A DNA stretch of 57,397 bases from Candidatus Dadabacteria bacterium (GTDB lineage Bacteria; Desulfobacterota_D; UBA1144; Nemesobacterales; Nemesobacteraceae). The notes under the pieces are model-generated. The model searched no databases. It was not told the DNA's origin and saw only the letters and a program-made list of their open reading frames with translations. The position numbers and the translations under genes are program-made. Shown here piece after piece: positions 40,231 to 49,101 of this stretch (positions are counted from its first letter, which is position 1; every line of letters begins with the position of its first letter). The DNA is taken from the NCBI GenBank assembly GCA_022819805.1, contig JAJEGO010000016.1, positions 1 through 57,397 of the forward strand, given 5' to 3'.

Positions 40231-40257
40231 CCCGCTTCCAGCGGGTGTTTATTTTTT
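40231..40257 (+). terminator. Putative intrinsic terminator
   Basis: CCCGCT-TCC-AGCGGG hairpin followed by TGTTTATTTTTT. Confidence 0.5.
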
Positions 40258-40279
40258 ACGGTATCGGTTTTCAGAAAAC

Positions 40280-41221
40280 ATGAAAGTTATCGTTGACCCC
40301 AAACAGCCACTGGATTTTCAGACCTCGGCGGGCATCGGAAATTTTGACGGCATTCATCTCGGACACAAAAAGATAATAGACGCCGTAAAGCGCCGCTCGG
40401 AGGAAAATTCCACGCGTTCCTGCGTAATCACCTTCACCCCCCATCCGCAGAAAGTTCTCGGCAGAAAGGAGGTTTCTCTCATCTTCCCGCTGGAACGAAA
40501 GTTCAAGATGCTTGAGTCAACAGGGGTCGATGCGGTTATCTGCCTTGACTTCACCCGTGAACTCTCAAAGGTAAGCGCGGAGAATTTCGTAAAGGACATC
40601 CTTCTTCATCGCCTGAAGGTAAAGGACATAGTAGTGGGTCCGGGATTCTCTTTCGGACATAAAAGAGAAGGAAACGTCGATCTTCTGCGGTCCATGGGCA
40701 AAACCCACGACTTCAACACCGTGGTTGCCGAAGCGGCGCGGGTGGATGACCGGGTGGTAAGCAGCAGCGCCATCAGGGAGCTGGTAAGAGAAGGGGAAAT
40801 CCGCGAGTCGAACCGGTTTTTCGGTTACGATTACTATATAGAGGGCGTTGTGGTGGAAGGAGAGAGAAGAGGCAGAAAACTGGGTTTTCCGACGGTTAAC
40901 CTCGATACGGAATGGGAGATTCTCCCCAAACCGGGGGTCTACGCTACGTACGTGAAGCTCTCCGACAGATTTCACGGAAGCATTACGAACATAGGAGTCC
41001 GCCCGACATTCGAAGAAAGCAAGCTTACGGTCGAGACCCATGTCTTTGATTTCAATGACGACCTTTACGGAGAGGAAGTCAGGGTTAATTTTGTCGAGAG
41101 GCTGAGGGACGAGAAGCGTTTTGAGAGCGTGGACAAGCTCGTGGAGCAGATAAACCACGATATTGCGGCGGTGCGGGAAATTCTTCGCGACTGCCCGAAG
41201 GACGAGCGGATTTGGAGATAA
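40280..41221 (+). CDS. ribF: Bifunctional riboflavin kinase/FAD synthetase
   Basis: IGNFDGIHLGH, TF.PHP, VSSS.IR, GR.LGFPT.N and E.H.FDF..DLYG motifs. Confidence 0.97.
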   Translation: MKVIVDPKQPLDFQTSAGIGNFDGIHLGHKKIIDAVKRRSEENSTRSCVITFTPHPQKVLGRKEVSLIFPLERKFKMLESTGVDAVICLDFTRELSKVSAENFVKDILLHRLKVKDIVVGPGFSFGHKREGNVDLLRSMGKTHDFNTVVAEAARVDDRVVSSSAIRELVREGEIRESNRFFGYDYYIEGVVVEGERRGRKLGFPTVNLDTEWEILPKPGVYATYVKLSDRFHGSITNIGVRPTFEESKLTVETHVFDFNDDLYGEEVRVNFVERLRDEKRFESVDKLVEQINHDIAAVREILRDCPKDERIWR

Positions 41222-42069
41222 AAGCCACGACGCGGGTATACGGTATTTTCGGTCATCCGGTATCCCAGAGCCTGTCTCCCGCCATGCATAACGCGGCGTT
41301 CAGACACCTGGGACTTGACTGCGTTTATATGGCTTTCGATGTGGACCCCCGGAGCGTAACTCAGGCCGTAGAATCAATAAGAAACCTCGGTCTCAGCGGA
41401 ATTAACGTCACCATACCGCACAAGCAATCCGTCATGGAGGGCCTGGATGAAGTTACCCCCGAGGCGTCTATGGTCGGAGCGGTAAACACCATAGTTAACG
41501 AAGACGGAAGGCTCAAGGGTTACAACACGGACGTCTCCGGAGTGCTGAGAGCCCTTCGCTCTGAGCTTGAATTCACCCCGCGGGACAAGAATGTTTTTAT
41601 CGTCGGGGCCGGCGGAGCCTCTAGGGCCGTAATAGTGGCAATGTGTACGGGCGGGGCCCGTAATGTTGCGATTGTGAACAGAACCTACCCGAAGGCACGG
41701 AGGCTTTCAGAAGAATTCTCCCCGCAGTTTGACGGCGTCGGGTTCTCCGCGGCGCCGCTTGACGACGCGAACCTACTCTCGGAACTGATGGCGCAGGCCG
41801 ATATTGTTATTAACTGCTCGTCTGCCGGAATGGGCGATATTGAACCGCTTTGCCTTCCGCTTGATCTGCTGGGTGAGAGTTGCGTTGTCTACGACCTTGT
41901 CTATAAGCCTCCAGTTACTCCGCTTGTCAGGGACTCAAGAGCCCTGGGGTTGAGGTCGGAATCCGGGCTCGGCATGCTCCTTTACCAGGGGGTTGACGCT
42001 TTTGAGATCTGGACGGGGGAAGATGCCCCGGTCGAAGTGATGAGAGAGGCTCTTTCTGTTCCCGGGTGA
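41212..42069 (+). CDS. aroE: Shikimate dehydrogenase
   Basis: G.PVSQSLSP.MHN, NVTIPHK, GAVNT, GYNTD, GAGGA and MLLYQG motifs. Confidence 0.96.
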   Translation: MEIKATTRVYGIFGHPVSQSLSPAMHNAAFRHLGLDCVYMAFDVDPRSVTQAVESIRNLGLSGINVTIPHKQSVMEGLDEVTPEASMVGAVNTIVNEDGRLKGYNTDVSGVLRALRSELEFTPRDKNVFIVGAGGASRAVIVAMCTGGARNVAIVNRTYPKARRLSEEFSPQFDGVGFSAAPLDDANLLSELMAQADIVINCSSAGMGDIEPLCLPLDLLGESCVVYDLVYKPPVTPLVRDSRALGLRSESGLGMLLYQGVDAFEIWTGEDAPVEVMREALSVPG

Positions 42070-42130
42070 CGGCTTAAATTTTTCGGTATAATGAACCCAG
42101 AGGTTTTTAATCGGTCTCGGGAGAATTCTG

Positions 42131-42355
42131 ATGAAAGTAACAAGCCCAGCAGGGGATTTTGAGATAACGGTGAAGGAATCGTCCGTGGAGGGCGACTTCA
42201 TAGTGATAAGCGGGCAGATGGGGGTGTGGGATTCGCAGATCTACATGAAACCCTCCGATCTTCTGGGTTTTGCGGGGGTGCTGTTCAACTTTCAGGTTAT
42301 TTTGTTCCTCGCCAAACAACCGTTCAGGTGCATTTTCGGCAGAAAACAGGATTAG
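42131..42355 (+). CDS. Small hypothetical protein
   Basis: 74-aa ATG ORF with a GGAG SD and an upstream TATAAT (42087-42092). It fills the gap between aroE and a convergent gene. Confidence 0.6.
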   Translation: MKVTSPAGDFEITVKESSVEGDFIVISGQMGVWDSQIYMKPSDLLGFAGVLFNFQVILFLAKQPFRCIFGRKQD

Positions 42356-42403
42356 TCCGCACGGTTCCTGCTGAGAAAAAAGGGCTGGCGGGAATGTAGT
42401 TTT

Positions 42404-43714
42404 TCACCTGTCCGAAAACGGATCGGGAATATCGGGGTGCCAGCGCGCGAAATGGTTTTTGTGCGCTTCCGTATACGCTCCGGGCGGGTAGTACTTGTCG
42501 TAGAAATCCAGGTCCAGATGATGGGCCTGCACCATGAACCGCAGAAACATCGGGTCGGAGAAAGCCGGGAATCTCCCGTATGTGTCGTAGACGTAGTTGC
42601 AGATGTCCTTTACGACCTGAATTTCGTCTTTGCTTGGTCTTTCAACCTCCGCAAGCACCCCGGTCGGGTCCTTGTAGGGAAGCTTGTGCGATTCCCAGTT
42701 TGTCCATTTCATGTCGTTAAACGCCTCCACGGCTTCCCCCATGTCCTTGTAGTAGGGCGGGCAGAACGCTTGGAACAGGTCGTCCCGGCCTACGGCCACG
42801 GGGTTGGGATTTCCCGTGTCGCCCTGTATCTGGGGAGTTGCGAACCGGAATCCCAGTCCCCTGTTAAAAGGGGTTCCGCCGAGCATGAACATGCTCGCGA
42901 ATCCGCTGAAAAGCCATCCTCCGAGACCCAGGGTCTGAAGCGTCAGGACCATGTTCTGTCCCATGAAGGCCTGCTCCGCTATGTAGCCGTTTGCGAAGCG
43001 AAGCTCCGCCTCGACAAGGGGCATTCTTTTTGATTTGTCGAGAAAGCCTTGCTCAAGCCAGTGCGCGGTTCCGGGGGGTCTCAGGCTGTGAAGCTCGTCG
43101 ACGAAATTGAACCTGTGGTCGGGCCTCATGTAGAAGAAGTAGAGATTGATTATGCATGCCGAAAGGTCGGTTACGGGCATGAAAACCGTAGTTCCGGGCT
43201 TGTTCACATTCCAGAGATTATGGGCGGCGATTCCCGGAGGCTTTGACGGCAGATCCGCCCTTCCGTCCGAAAGCTTGATCTTTGATTCGCGGAACAGCTC
43301 AAGTATCCGGTCAACTCTCTGGTGGCGGGTCATTTTCTCAAGACCCTCGAAATCCTCGGCACGCCGGTCATGCATCTTTATCATGTAGAGTCCCTCGTCG
43401 TTCGTGTAGAAAAGCTCCGTTCTGTGCACGTCCCCGAGGGCCGGGATCGTCTTGCTTGTGAACTGCATCTCGAGGTCGAGGCCGACATGCGGGGGGAAGT
43501 CGGAGAGATTTATGTTCTTTATTCCGAGGCCCGTCCACACCAGTATGGCTTCCTCGAGTTCGGAGAGGGGGACGGGGTCGTGGCGGGACTTGTATTGCAG
43601 GGGTCCCCTTTCGATCTCCATTCCGAGACCGAAACGCCTGGACCTCCTCTGGAAAACGGCGTCGTAAAAACCGTGATCTATGGCGTGATCAAGACCTTCT
43701 GGGTATTCGCTCAT
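42404..43714 (-). CDS. Nitroreductase/SagB-fold FMN-dependent oxidoreductase-like protein, function unknown
   Basis: RRSRRF (RRSxR-like), PLSELEE.IL, TIPALG...ELF...EGLY and EQAFMGQNMVL.LQ.LGLGG motifs. AAGGAG SD. Confidence 0.65.
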   Translation of the reverse strand: MSEYPEGLDHAIDHGFYDAVFQRRSRRFGLGMEIERGPLQYKSRHDPVPLSELEEAILVWTGLGIKNINLSDFPPHVGLDLEMQFTSKTIPALGDVHRTELFYTNDEGLYMIKMHDRRAEDFEGLEKMTRHQRVDRILELFRESKIKLSDGRADLPSKPPGIAAHNLWNVNKPGTTVFMPVTDLSACIINLYFFYMRPDHRFNFVDELHSLRPPGTAHWLEQGFLDKSKRMPLVEAELRFANGYIAEQAFMGQNMVLTLQTLGLGGWLFSGFASMFMLGGTPFNRGLGFRFATPQIQGDTGNPNPVAVGRDDLFQAFCPPYYKDMGEAVEAFNDMKWTNWESHKLPYKDPTGVLAEVERPSKDEIQVVKDICNYVYDTYGRFPAFSDPMFLRFMVQAHHLDLDFYDKYYPPGAYTEAHKNHFARWHPDIPDPFSDR

Positions 43715-43756
43715 GGGCTTCTCCTTAATCTGGTTTCTCCGCCTGGGCGGACAACT

Positions 43757-44305
43757 TCATTCCTCCTCCTCTGAATCGGACTCGGCAACAAGTTTCATGA
43801 ATTCGTTTTCCGTGATTATCTCAAGCGAACTCTCGACCCTGTCAAGAAATACCACTCCGTTTATGTGGTCGTATTCGTGCTGGAACACTCTCGCCTCAAA
43901 ATCCGAGAACCCCTCTTCGACGAGATTGTCCTCCCTGTCCCTGTAGACCGCCCGGATGGACTTGCGTCTCGGCACAAGCGCCCGGAGTCCCGGGATGCTG
44001 AGGCATCCCTCCCAGCCTTTTTCCAACTCGTCGGACGCCGAGATTATTTCGGGGTTGATTATCACCTTGGTTTCCGTTTCCGGGGCGTCGGGATAGCGCG
44101 GGCTCGCGGCTCCGGCGATTATGAAGATGCGAAGAGGCTCGGATACCTGGGGAGCGGCGATTCCGACGCCGCTTGCTTCGGCGGCCGTGAGAATCAGGTC
44201 GTCAATCAGCTCCTGGATTTCCGGGTCGCTTATGTCCTCGACGTTTTCTGCTCTCTGCCTGAGCACGGGGTTTCCAAGTTCGGTGATTTCGCGTTGCTGC
44301 GCCAT
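43757..44305 (-). CDS. def: Peptide deformylase
   Basis: GVGIAAPQV, EGCLSIPG and QHEYDH motifs. Confidence 0.97.
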   Translation of the reverse strand: MAQQREITELGNPVLRQRAENVEDISDPEIQELIDDLILTAAEASGVGIAAPQVSEPLRIFIIAGAASPRYPDAPETETKVIINPEIISASDELEKGWEGCLSIPGLRALVPRRKSIRAVYRDREDNLVEEGFSDFEARVFQHEYDHINGVVFLDRVESSLEIITENEFMKLVAESDSEEEE

Positions 44306-44407
44306 GGTTGTAACTGGTTGAAAACAGCCCTCTTACAGCAGATTGCGGGCCGGTGCTTAAGGTCTTATTATTATAGAACAAAAAACTGGGAGGTTAAAGG
44401 AAGTTTC

Positions 44408-45901
44408 GTGGCGGGAATCGAGCTTATACAAAGGACAGCAGGGTTCGGGGAGAGGACCGCGGTTGAGGACTGGACGGGGAATTTCACTTACGCCGAACTG
44501 CTGCGCGTCTCGCGCTTTGCGGCCCTTAACCTTCTCGGGGACAAAGAAGATCTTGGAGAAAAAAGAGTTGCCTTTATACTTCCCCCGGGGTTCGAATACG
44601 TCGCGCTTAAGCTCGGCGTATGGATGGCGGGAGGGGTGTCCGTTCCCCTGGGGCTTGCCCATTCGCCAAGAGAAATAGAATACGTCATGGGGGATTCCGG
44701 TGCGGAGACGGTGATTTTTCACCCGGATCTTGCGCGCAAGCTCAAGGGAGCGAGCTTCGGTGCCGGAGTGCGAATGAGGAAGCTTCCGGATATCCTTCGG
44801 CCCGCCCGCGGGGAGCTTCCCACGGTCCGCGAGGAGAGAAGGGCTATGATCATATACACAAGCGGCACTACCTCGAGACCCAAGGGGGTCGTCTCGACCC
44901 ACCTTAACATAAAGGCCCAGATAAGCAGCATGGCGGAAGCGTGGGAGTGGAGCCCCGGGGATTCCATTCTCAATGTCCTGCCCCTTCATCACCTCCACGG
45001 CATACTGAACGTTGTCCTCTGTTCCCTCTGGTCCGGCGCCAGGTGCGTGATGATGGACGGGTTCAGTCCGCGGGACGTTTGGGACAGGTTCGGAAAAAAA
45101 GACCTGACCCTATTTATGGGCGTCCCCACAATTTACTCCAAGCTTATAGACTGCTGGGAGGATTCTTCTGCCCGGGAGAGAGTGCGGATGAGCGATTCCG
45201 TCCGAGGGCTGCGCCTGATGGTCTCCGGCTCCGCGGCTCTTCCCGTGTCCGTTCTTGAGAAATGGAAGGAAGTAAGCGGTCACGTGCTCCTTGAGAGATA
45301 CGGAATGACCGAGATAGGGATGGCCCTTTCGAATCCCTACGGGGGCGAAAGGCTTGCGGGGCGCGTGGGATTCGCTATGCCGGGAGTCGAGGTGGGTATT
45401 TTCGATGCGCAGGACGGCAGGCTTGAGGAAGGGAATCAGGGGGAAATCAGGGTGAAGGGGGAGAGCGTGTTTCTTGAATACTGGGGAAAGCCGCGGGAAA
45501 CGGAGAGCGCCTTCCGCGGGGGATGGTTCAAAACGGGAGACATAGCGTTTTTGGAGCACGGGGGTTCCTACAGGATACTCGGGCGAGAGTCGGTGGATAT
45601 AATCAAATCAGGCGGATACAAGATATCCGCCCTTGAGATCGAGGAGGTGCTGAGAGGGCATCCGCTTGTGGAGCAATGCGCCGTGGTAGGGGTTGCCGAT
45701 TCGCGCTGGGGAGAGAGGGTGGGGGCTGCTGTGGTGCTAGGTGAAGGTTCCTCGATTGAGCTTGAGGAGCTTCGCGGCTGGGCTTCCGACAAGATTGCCC
45801 GCTACAAGCTTCCGACCCGGCTTCTGGTCCTTCCGTCGCTTCCGAGAAACTCCATGGGCAAGGTTATCAAAAACACGATTAAGCAGTCTTTTCAAATATA
45901 G
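44408..45901 (+). CDS. Acyl-CoA synthetase, MatB/ACSF3 (malonyl-CoA synthetase)-like; start reassigned to GTG 44408
   Basis: YTSGTT..PKG, LPLHHLHG, SGSAALP, ERYGMTE, GWFKTGD, IKSGGYKIS and LP.NSMGKV motifs. The ORF-track N-terminal 181 codons are antisense to def. Confidence 0.9.
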   Translation: MAGIELIQRTAGFGERTAVEDWTGNFTYAELLRVSRFAALNLLGDKEDLGEKRVAFILPPGFEYVALKLGVWMAGGVSVPLGLAHSPREIEYVMGDSGAETVIFHPDLARKLKGASFGAGVRMRKLPDILRPARGELPTVREERRAMIIYTSGTTSRPKGVVSTHLNIKAQISSMAEAWEWSPGDSILNVLPLHHLHGILNVVLCSLWSGARCVMMDGFSPRDVWDRFGKKDLTLFMGVPTIYSKLIDCWEDSSARERVRMSDSVRGLRLMVSGSAALPVSVLEKWKEVSGHVLLERYGMTEIGMALSNPYGGERLAGRVGFAMPGVEVGIFDAQDGRLEEGNQGEIRVKGESVFLEYWGKPRETESAFRGGWFKTGDIAFLEHGGSYRILGRESVDIIKSGGYKISALEIEEVLRGHPLVEQCAVVGVADSRWGERVGAAVVLGEGSSIELEELRGWASDKIARYKLPTRLLVLPSLPRNSMGKVIKNTIKQSFQI

Positions 45902-45958
45902 TTTATAATTCTCTCTGGTAGTCTTGCTGCGGACTTTTCAGGTTTTAAGGATAAAGGT

Positions 45959-47167
45959 GTGGAGAGAGAAATGAACCGGGACGACAATACTCCCCTGCGC
46001 TCAAACGGCCGTATCCGCTACGGTCCCGACATGAGAGTTCTTATCGTGGGGGGCGGCATCGCCGGACTCACGCTTTGCGGGCTTCTCCAGCAGCGGGGCT
46101 TTCATCCGACCCTGGTGGAGAGGGCCCCCGAGTTCGGAGACGTGGGATACGTGATAGTGGTCTGGCCTTCTGGGAGCAGGATACTCAAGGGGCTTGGCCT
46201 TTACGAGCGGCTGCAGGAGCAGGGTTGCGCCTTTACCAGTTACAACATCTCCAACTACAGGGGCAAGGTTATAAACAGCTACACGATTGATTCCGTGGTG
46301 GAGAAATACGGTCCCATAATAAGCATTTATCGCCCTGATCTCGTAAACATCCTGCGGGCGGCTGTAAGCAAAGATTCAATCAGGATGAACACCATGGTCG
46401 TCTCCCTCGCCGATACGGACGACGGGGTCGAGACGGTGTTCAGCGACGGGAGCGCGGGAATCTACGATCTGGTTATAGGATGTGACGGGATAAGGTCTAA
46501 AATCCGCAAGGATGTCTTCGGAGAGGTTCCGCTTCGCTACAGCGGCATGTCCGGGTGGGGGTTCTGGGTCAACCCGGATCTCTGCTCGCACGAAGGGATC
46601 ATCGAGTACTGGGGCAAGGGAAGGTTCCTGGGGATGTGGCCTACGCGCGGCCGGCTTGCCGTTTTCACGAGCGTGAGGAGAAAATCCGGCGTCGGAGACA
46701 GCGTCGATACGAGAATAGAGAGCATCCGGCGGAATTTCGCCGAGTTCGGAGGGGTGGTGCCGGAAATTCTGCGCGGCCTTGATGATCCGCGTGATATTTA
46801 TTATGACGAATACAACGACCTGAGGATGGATCGCTGGTCCCGCGGAAGGGTGGTGCTCGTCGGAGACTCGGTTCATGCAATACTGCCGAATGCGGGTGCC
46901 GGGGTGTCGATGGCGATGGAATCGGCCGCCGTTTTGGCCGAGGAACTTTGCAGAACCGATTCCGTTAACCTCCCCCATGCCTTCTGGCAGTACGAGTCGA
47001 GAAGAAAAAGCAGAGTGAACAAGGTTCAGAAACAGTCGAGAATCATGGGGAAATTCATATATACCGAAAGCAGCGCTCTCTCGTCGATCCGCGATTATGT
47101 CGTGAGGGCATATTCAAGCCGCCAGCTTTTCAGATACTGGGACAACATGCTGAAAGACCCCCTTTGA
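45959..47167 (+). CDS. Class A FAD-dependent monooxygenase (alternative start ATG 46031)
   Basis: VGGGIAG, DLVIGCDG.RS and LVGD..H...P..G.G motifs. Confidence 0.9.
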   Translation: MEREMNRDDNTPLRSNGRIRYGPDMRVLIVGGGIAGLTLCGLLQQRGFHPTLVERAPEFGDVGYVIVVWPSGSRILKGLGLYERLQEQGCAFTSYNISNYRGKVINSYTIDSVVEKYGPIISIYRPDLVNILRAAVSKDSIRMNTMVVSLADTDDGVETVFSDGSAGIYDLVIGCDGIRSKIRKDVFGEVPLRYSGMSGWGFWVNPDLCSHEGIIEYWGKGRFLGMWPTRGRLAVFTSVRRKSGVGDSVDTRIESIRRNFAEFGGVVPEILRGLDDPRDIYYDEYNDLRMDRWSRGRVVLVGDSVHAILPNAGAGVSMAMESAAVLAEELCRTDSVNLPHAFWQYESRRKSRVNKVQKQSRIMGKFIYTESSALSSIRDYVVRAYSSRQLFRYWDNMLKDPL

Positions 47168-47215
47168 AGTCAATGTTCCGCGGTTAAAAAATTTTGATTC
47201 TGGAGCGTAAATTTA

Positions 47216-48613
47216 ATGAAACTACTTAAGTATTTGCTTTTTCCCTTTGTCGTGGCGGCGGTTTTCTCGTTTCCCCTCCCAGAAGCTTTTTCTCATGGCT
47301 CCCCTGAATCCATTTCGCCTACCGTAAAGCGTCTTACACCCTCGGTCGTCAATATAAGCACTACAAACGTGATAAAGACTTCACCGTTCGGCTTGCCGTA
47401 CCAGGATGAACAGTTCAAGAAATTTTTCGAAAAGTTTTTCTCCGACCAGATGCCCGGGAGGGAATTCAGAAACAAGGGACTCGGTTCCGGCTTCGTCATG
47501 AGTTCCGACGGCTACATAATTACCAATAACCATGTCGTGAGAAAAGCCGAGGAGATCGAGGTGATACTTGAAGGTGGCAGGAAATACGATGCCAAGATAG
47601 TTGGCACCGACCCCGTAACCGATCTGGCGCTGCTGAAAATCGATCCCGAGGAGCCTCTTCCCGCGGTGGAAATGGGCGATTCCTCGGCCCTTCAGATAGG
47701 AGACGGGGTGTTTGCTATTGGAAACCCCTTCGGCCTGGGCCACACGGTTACCGCCGGGATAGTCAGCGCGAAGGGAAGGGCCCTTGGAATCGGGCGATAC
47801 GACAACTTCATTCAGACCGACGCGGCCATCAACCCCGGAAACAGCGGGGGGCCGCTTTTTGACTACGAGGGCAGGGTGGTGGGGGTGAATACCGCGGTTA
47901 TGGCGCGTGGCCAGGGCCTTGGTTTCGCCATACCTATAAACATGGCGAAGCTTATTGTCGAGCAACTCAAGGTTGGCGGGAGGGTTGTAAGGGGGTGGCT
48001 TGGAATAATGATTCAGGATATAACCCCGGAGATTTCCGAGGCGCTCGGTATTAACCGCGACAAGGGAGGGCTTATATCCGAGGTCAAGGGCGGAAGCCCT
48101 GCGGACAAGGCGGGTCTCAGGAGGGGAGACGTGGTCGTTTCCGTTGAGGGCGAGGAGATTCCCGACGCCGCAACGCTTGCGAGAAAGCTGGCGCTTACAA
48201 AGCCCGGGGTCGATACGAAGTTCGTTGTGCTCCGTGACGGGGAGGAGAAGCCCTTCACCATAAAACTTATCGAGCACCCCGAGAACGAAGGAATCAAGGA
48301 ATCCGAAGACAAGCTCAAAGCCGAGGAAGAGCTTGGCATTAAAGTGAGCGAGATAACGCAGCAGCTGAGAAACCGCTTCAAAATTCAAGCGTCGGGCGGA
48401 GTTATTATCGCGAATGTCGCGCCCGGGAGCCTGGCCTTTGAATCGGGGCTTCGCGCGGGCGACGTAATACTCGAGGTAAACGGAGACTCCGTTGACGGGC
48501 TCAAAAACTATCAGGAGGCTCTTGAGGAGCATGCATCGAAGAGGACCCTGCTTTTTCTGATCGAACGCGGGGGCAGGACCATCTATATTGCCGTAAAAAC
48601 GGGTCGCGGATGA
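47216..48613 (+). CDS. degQ: Periplasmic HtrA/DegQ serine protease with two PDZ domains
   Basis: Signal peptide, GSGF, TNNHVV, TDLAL, QTDAAINPGNSGG and RGWLG motifs. Confidence 0.93.
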   Translation: MKLLKYLLFPFVVAAVFSFPLPEAFSHGSPESISPTVKRLTPSVVNISTTNVIKTSPFGLPYQDEQFKKFFEKFFSDQMPGREFRNKGLGSGFVMSSDGYIITNNHVVRKAEEIEVILEGGRKYDAKIVGTDPVTDLALLKIDPEEPLPAVEMGDSSALQIGDGVFAIGNPFGLGHTVTAGIVSAKGRALGIGRYDNFIQTDAAINPGNSGGPLFDYEGRVVGVNTAVMARGQGLGFAIPINMAKLIVEQLKVGGRVVRGWLGIMIQDITPEISEALGINRDKGGLISEVKGGSPADKAGLRRGDVVVSVEGEEIPDAATLARKLALTKPGVDTKFVVLRDGEEKPFTIKLIEHPENEGIKESEDKLKAEEELGIKVSEITQQLRNRFKIQASGGVIIANVAPGSLAFESGLRAGDVILEVNGDSVDGLKNYQEALEEHASKRTLLFLIERGGRTIYIAVKTGRG

Positions 48614-49101
48614 TGATAGAGGAGAGACTCAGAGAGCTTGGAATAGAGCTTGCCGAAGAGGTCCCGGCCCTTGGAAGCTATGTTCCGGCGACCATGTCGG
48701 GCAACCTGATTTTCATATCGGGTCAGCTTCCCGTCGAGAACGGGAAGCTTCGCTTCACGGGCAAAGTGGGGTCCGATCTCACGGTCGAGCAAGGCTACGA
48801 AGCGGCCAGGCTCGCGGCGATAAACGGCCTCTCCGTAATCAGTCATACCCTGGAGGACCTGCGGCAGCTCGGCAGAATCGTGAAAGTCACGGGTTACGTG
48901 GCGAGCGCTCCCGGTTTTACTGAACAGCACAAGGTGGTTAACGGCGCCTCCGAGTTTTTCTCAGACGTACTCTCCGAGAACGGACGCCACGCCAGGGTCG
49001 CGGTGGGGGTTCCCGGACTTCCCATGGACTCCCCCGTGGAAATTGAGATCATAGCCGAGTTCTCGCCCGCCGCATTGAGGAGCTCTGATATTCCCTCCTG
49101 A
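48610..49101 (+). CDS. RidA/YjgF/YER057c/UK114 family protein
   Basis: Y.P...SGNL.FISGQLP, V.NGASE, HAR.AVGV..LP and VEIE motifs. The catalytic Arg is retained. Confidence 0.92.
   Translation: MMIEERLRELGIELAEEVPALGSYVPATMSGNLIFISGQLPVENGKLRFTGKVGSDLTVEQGYEAARLAAINGLSVISHTLEDLRQLGRIVKVTGYVASAPGFTEQHKVVNGASEFFSDVLSENGRHARVAVGVPGLPMDSPVEIEIIAEFSPAALRSSDIPS

Noticed and set aside
42404-43714. Azole-RiPP (TOMM/LAP) biosynthetic cluster
   Set aside because: No YcaO, E1-like protein, precursor peptide or exporter near the SagB-like gene.
43865-44407. 181-codon N-terminal extension of the acyl-CoA synthetase in the ORF track
   Set aside because: Overlaps def on the opposite strand. A better GTG start with purine-rich SD-like sequence exists at 44408.
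47381-48532. 383-aa minus-strand ORF
   Set aside because: Antisense shadow of the well-supported DegQ gene.
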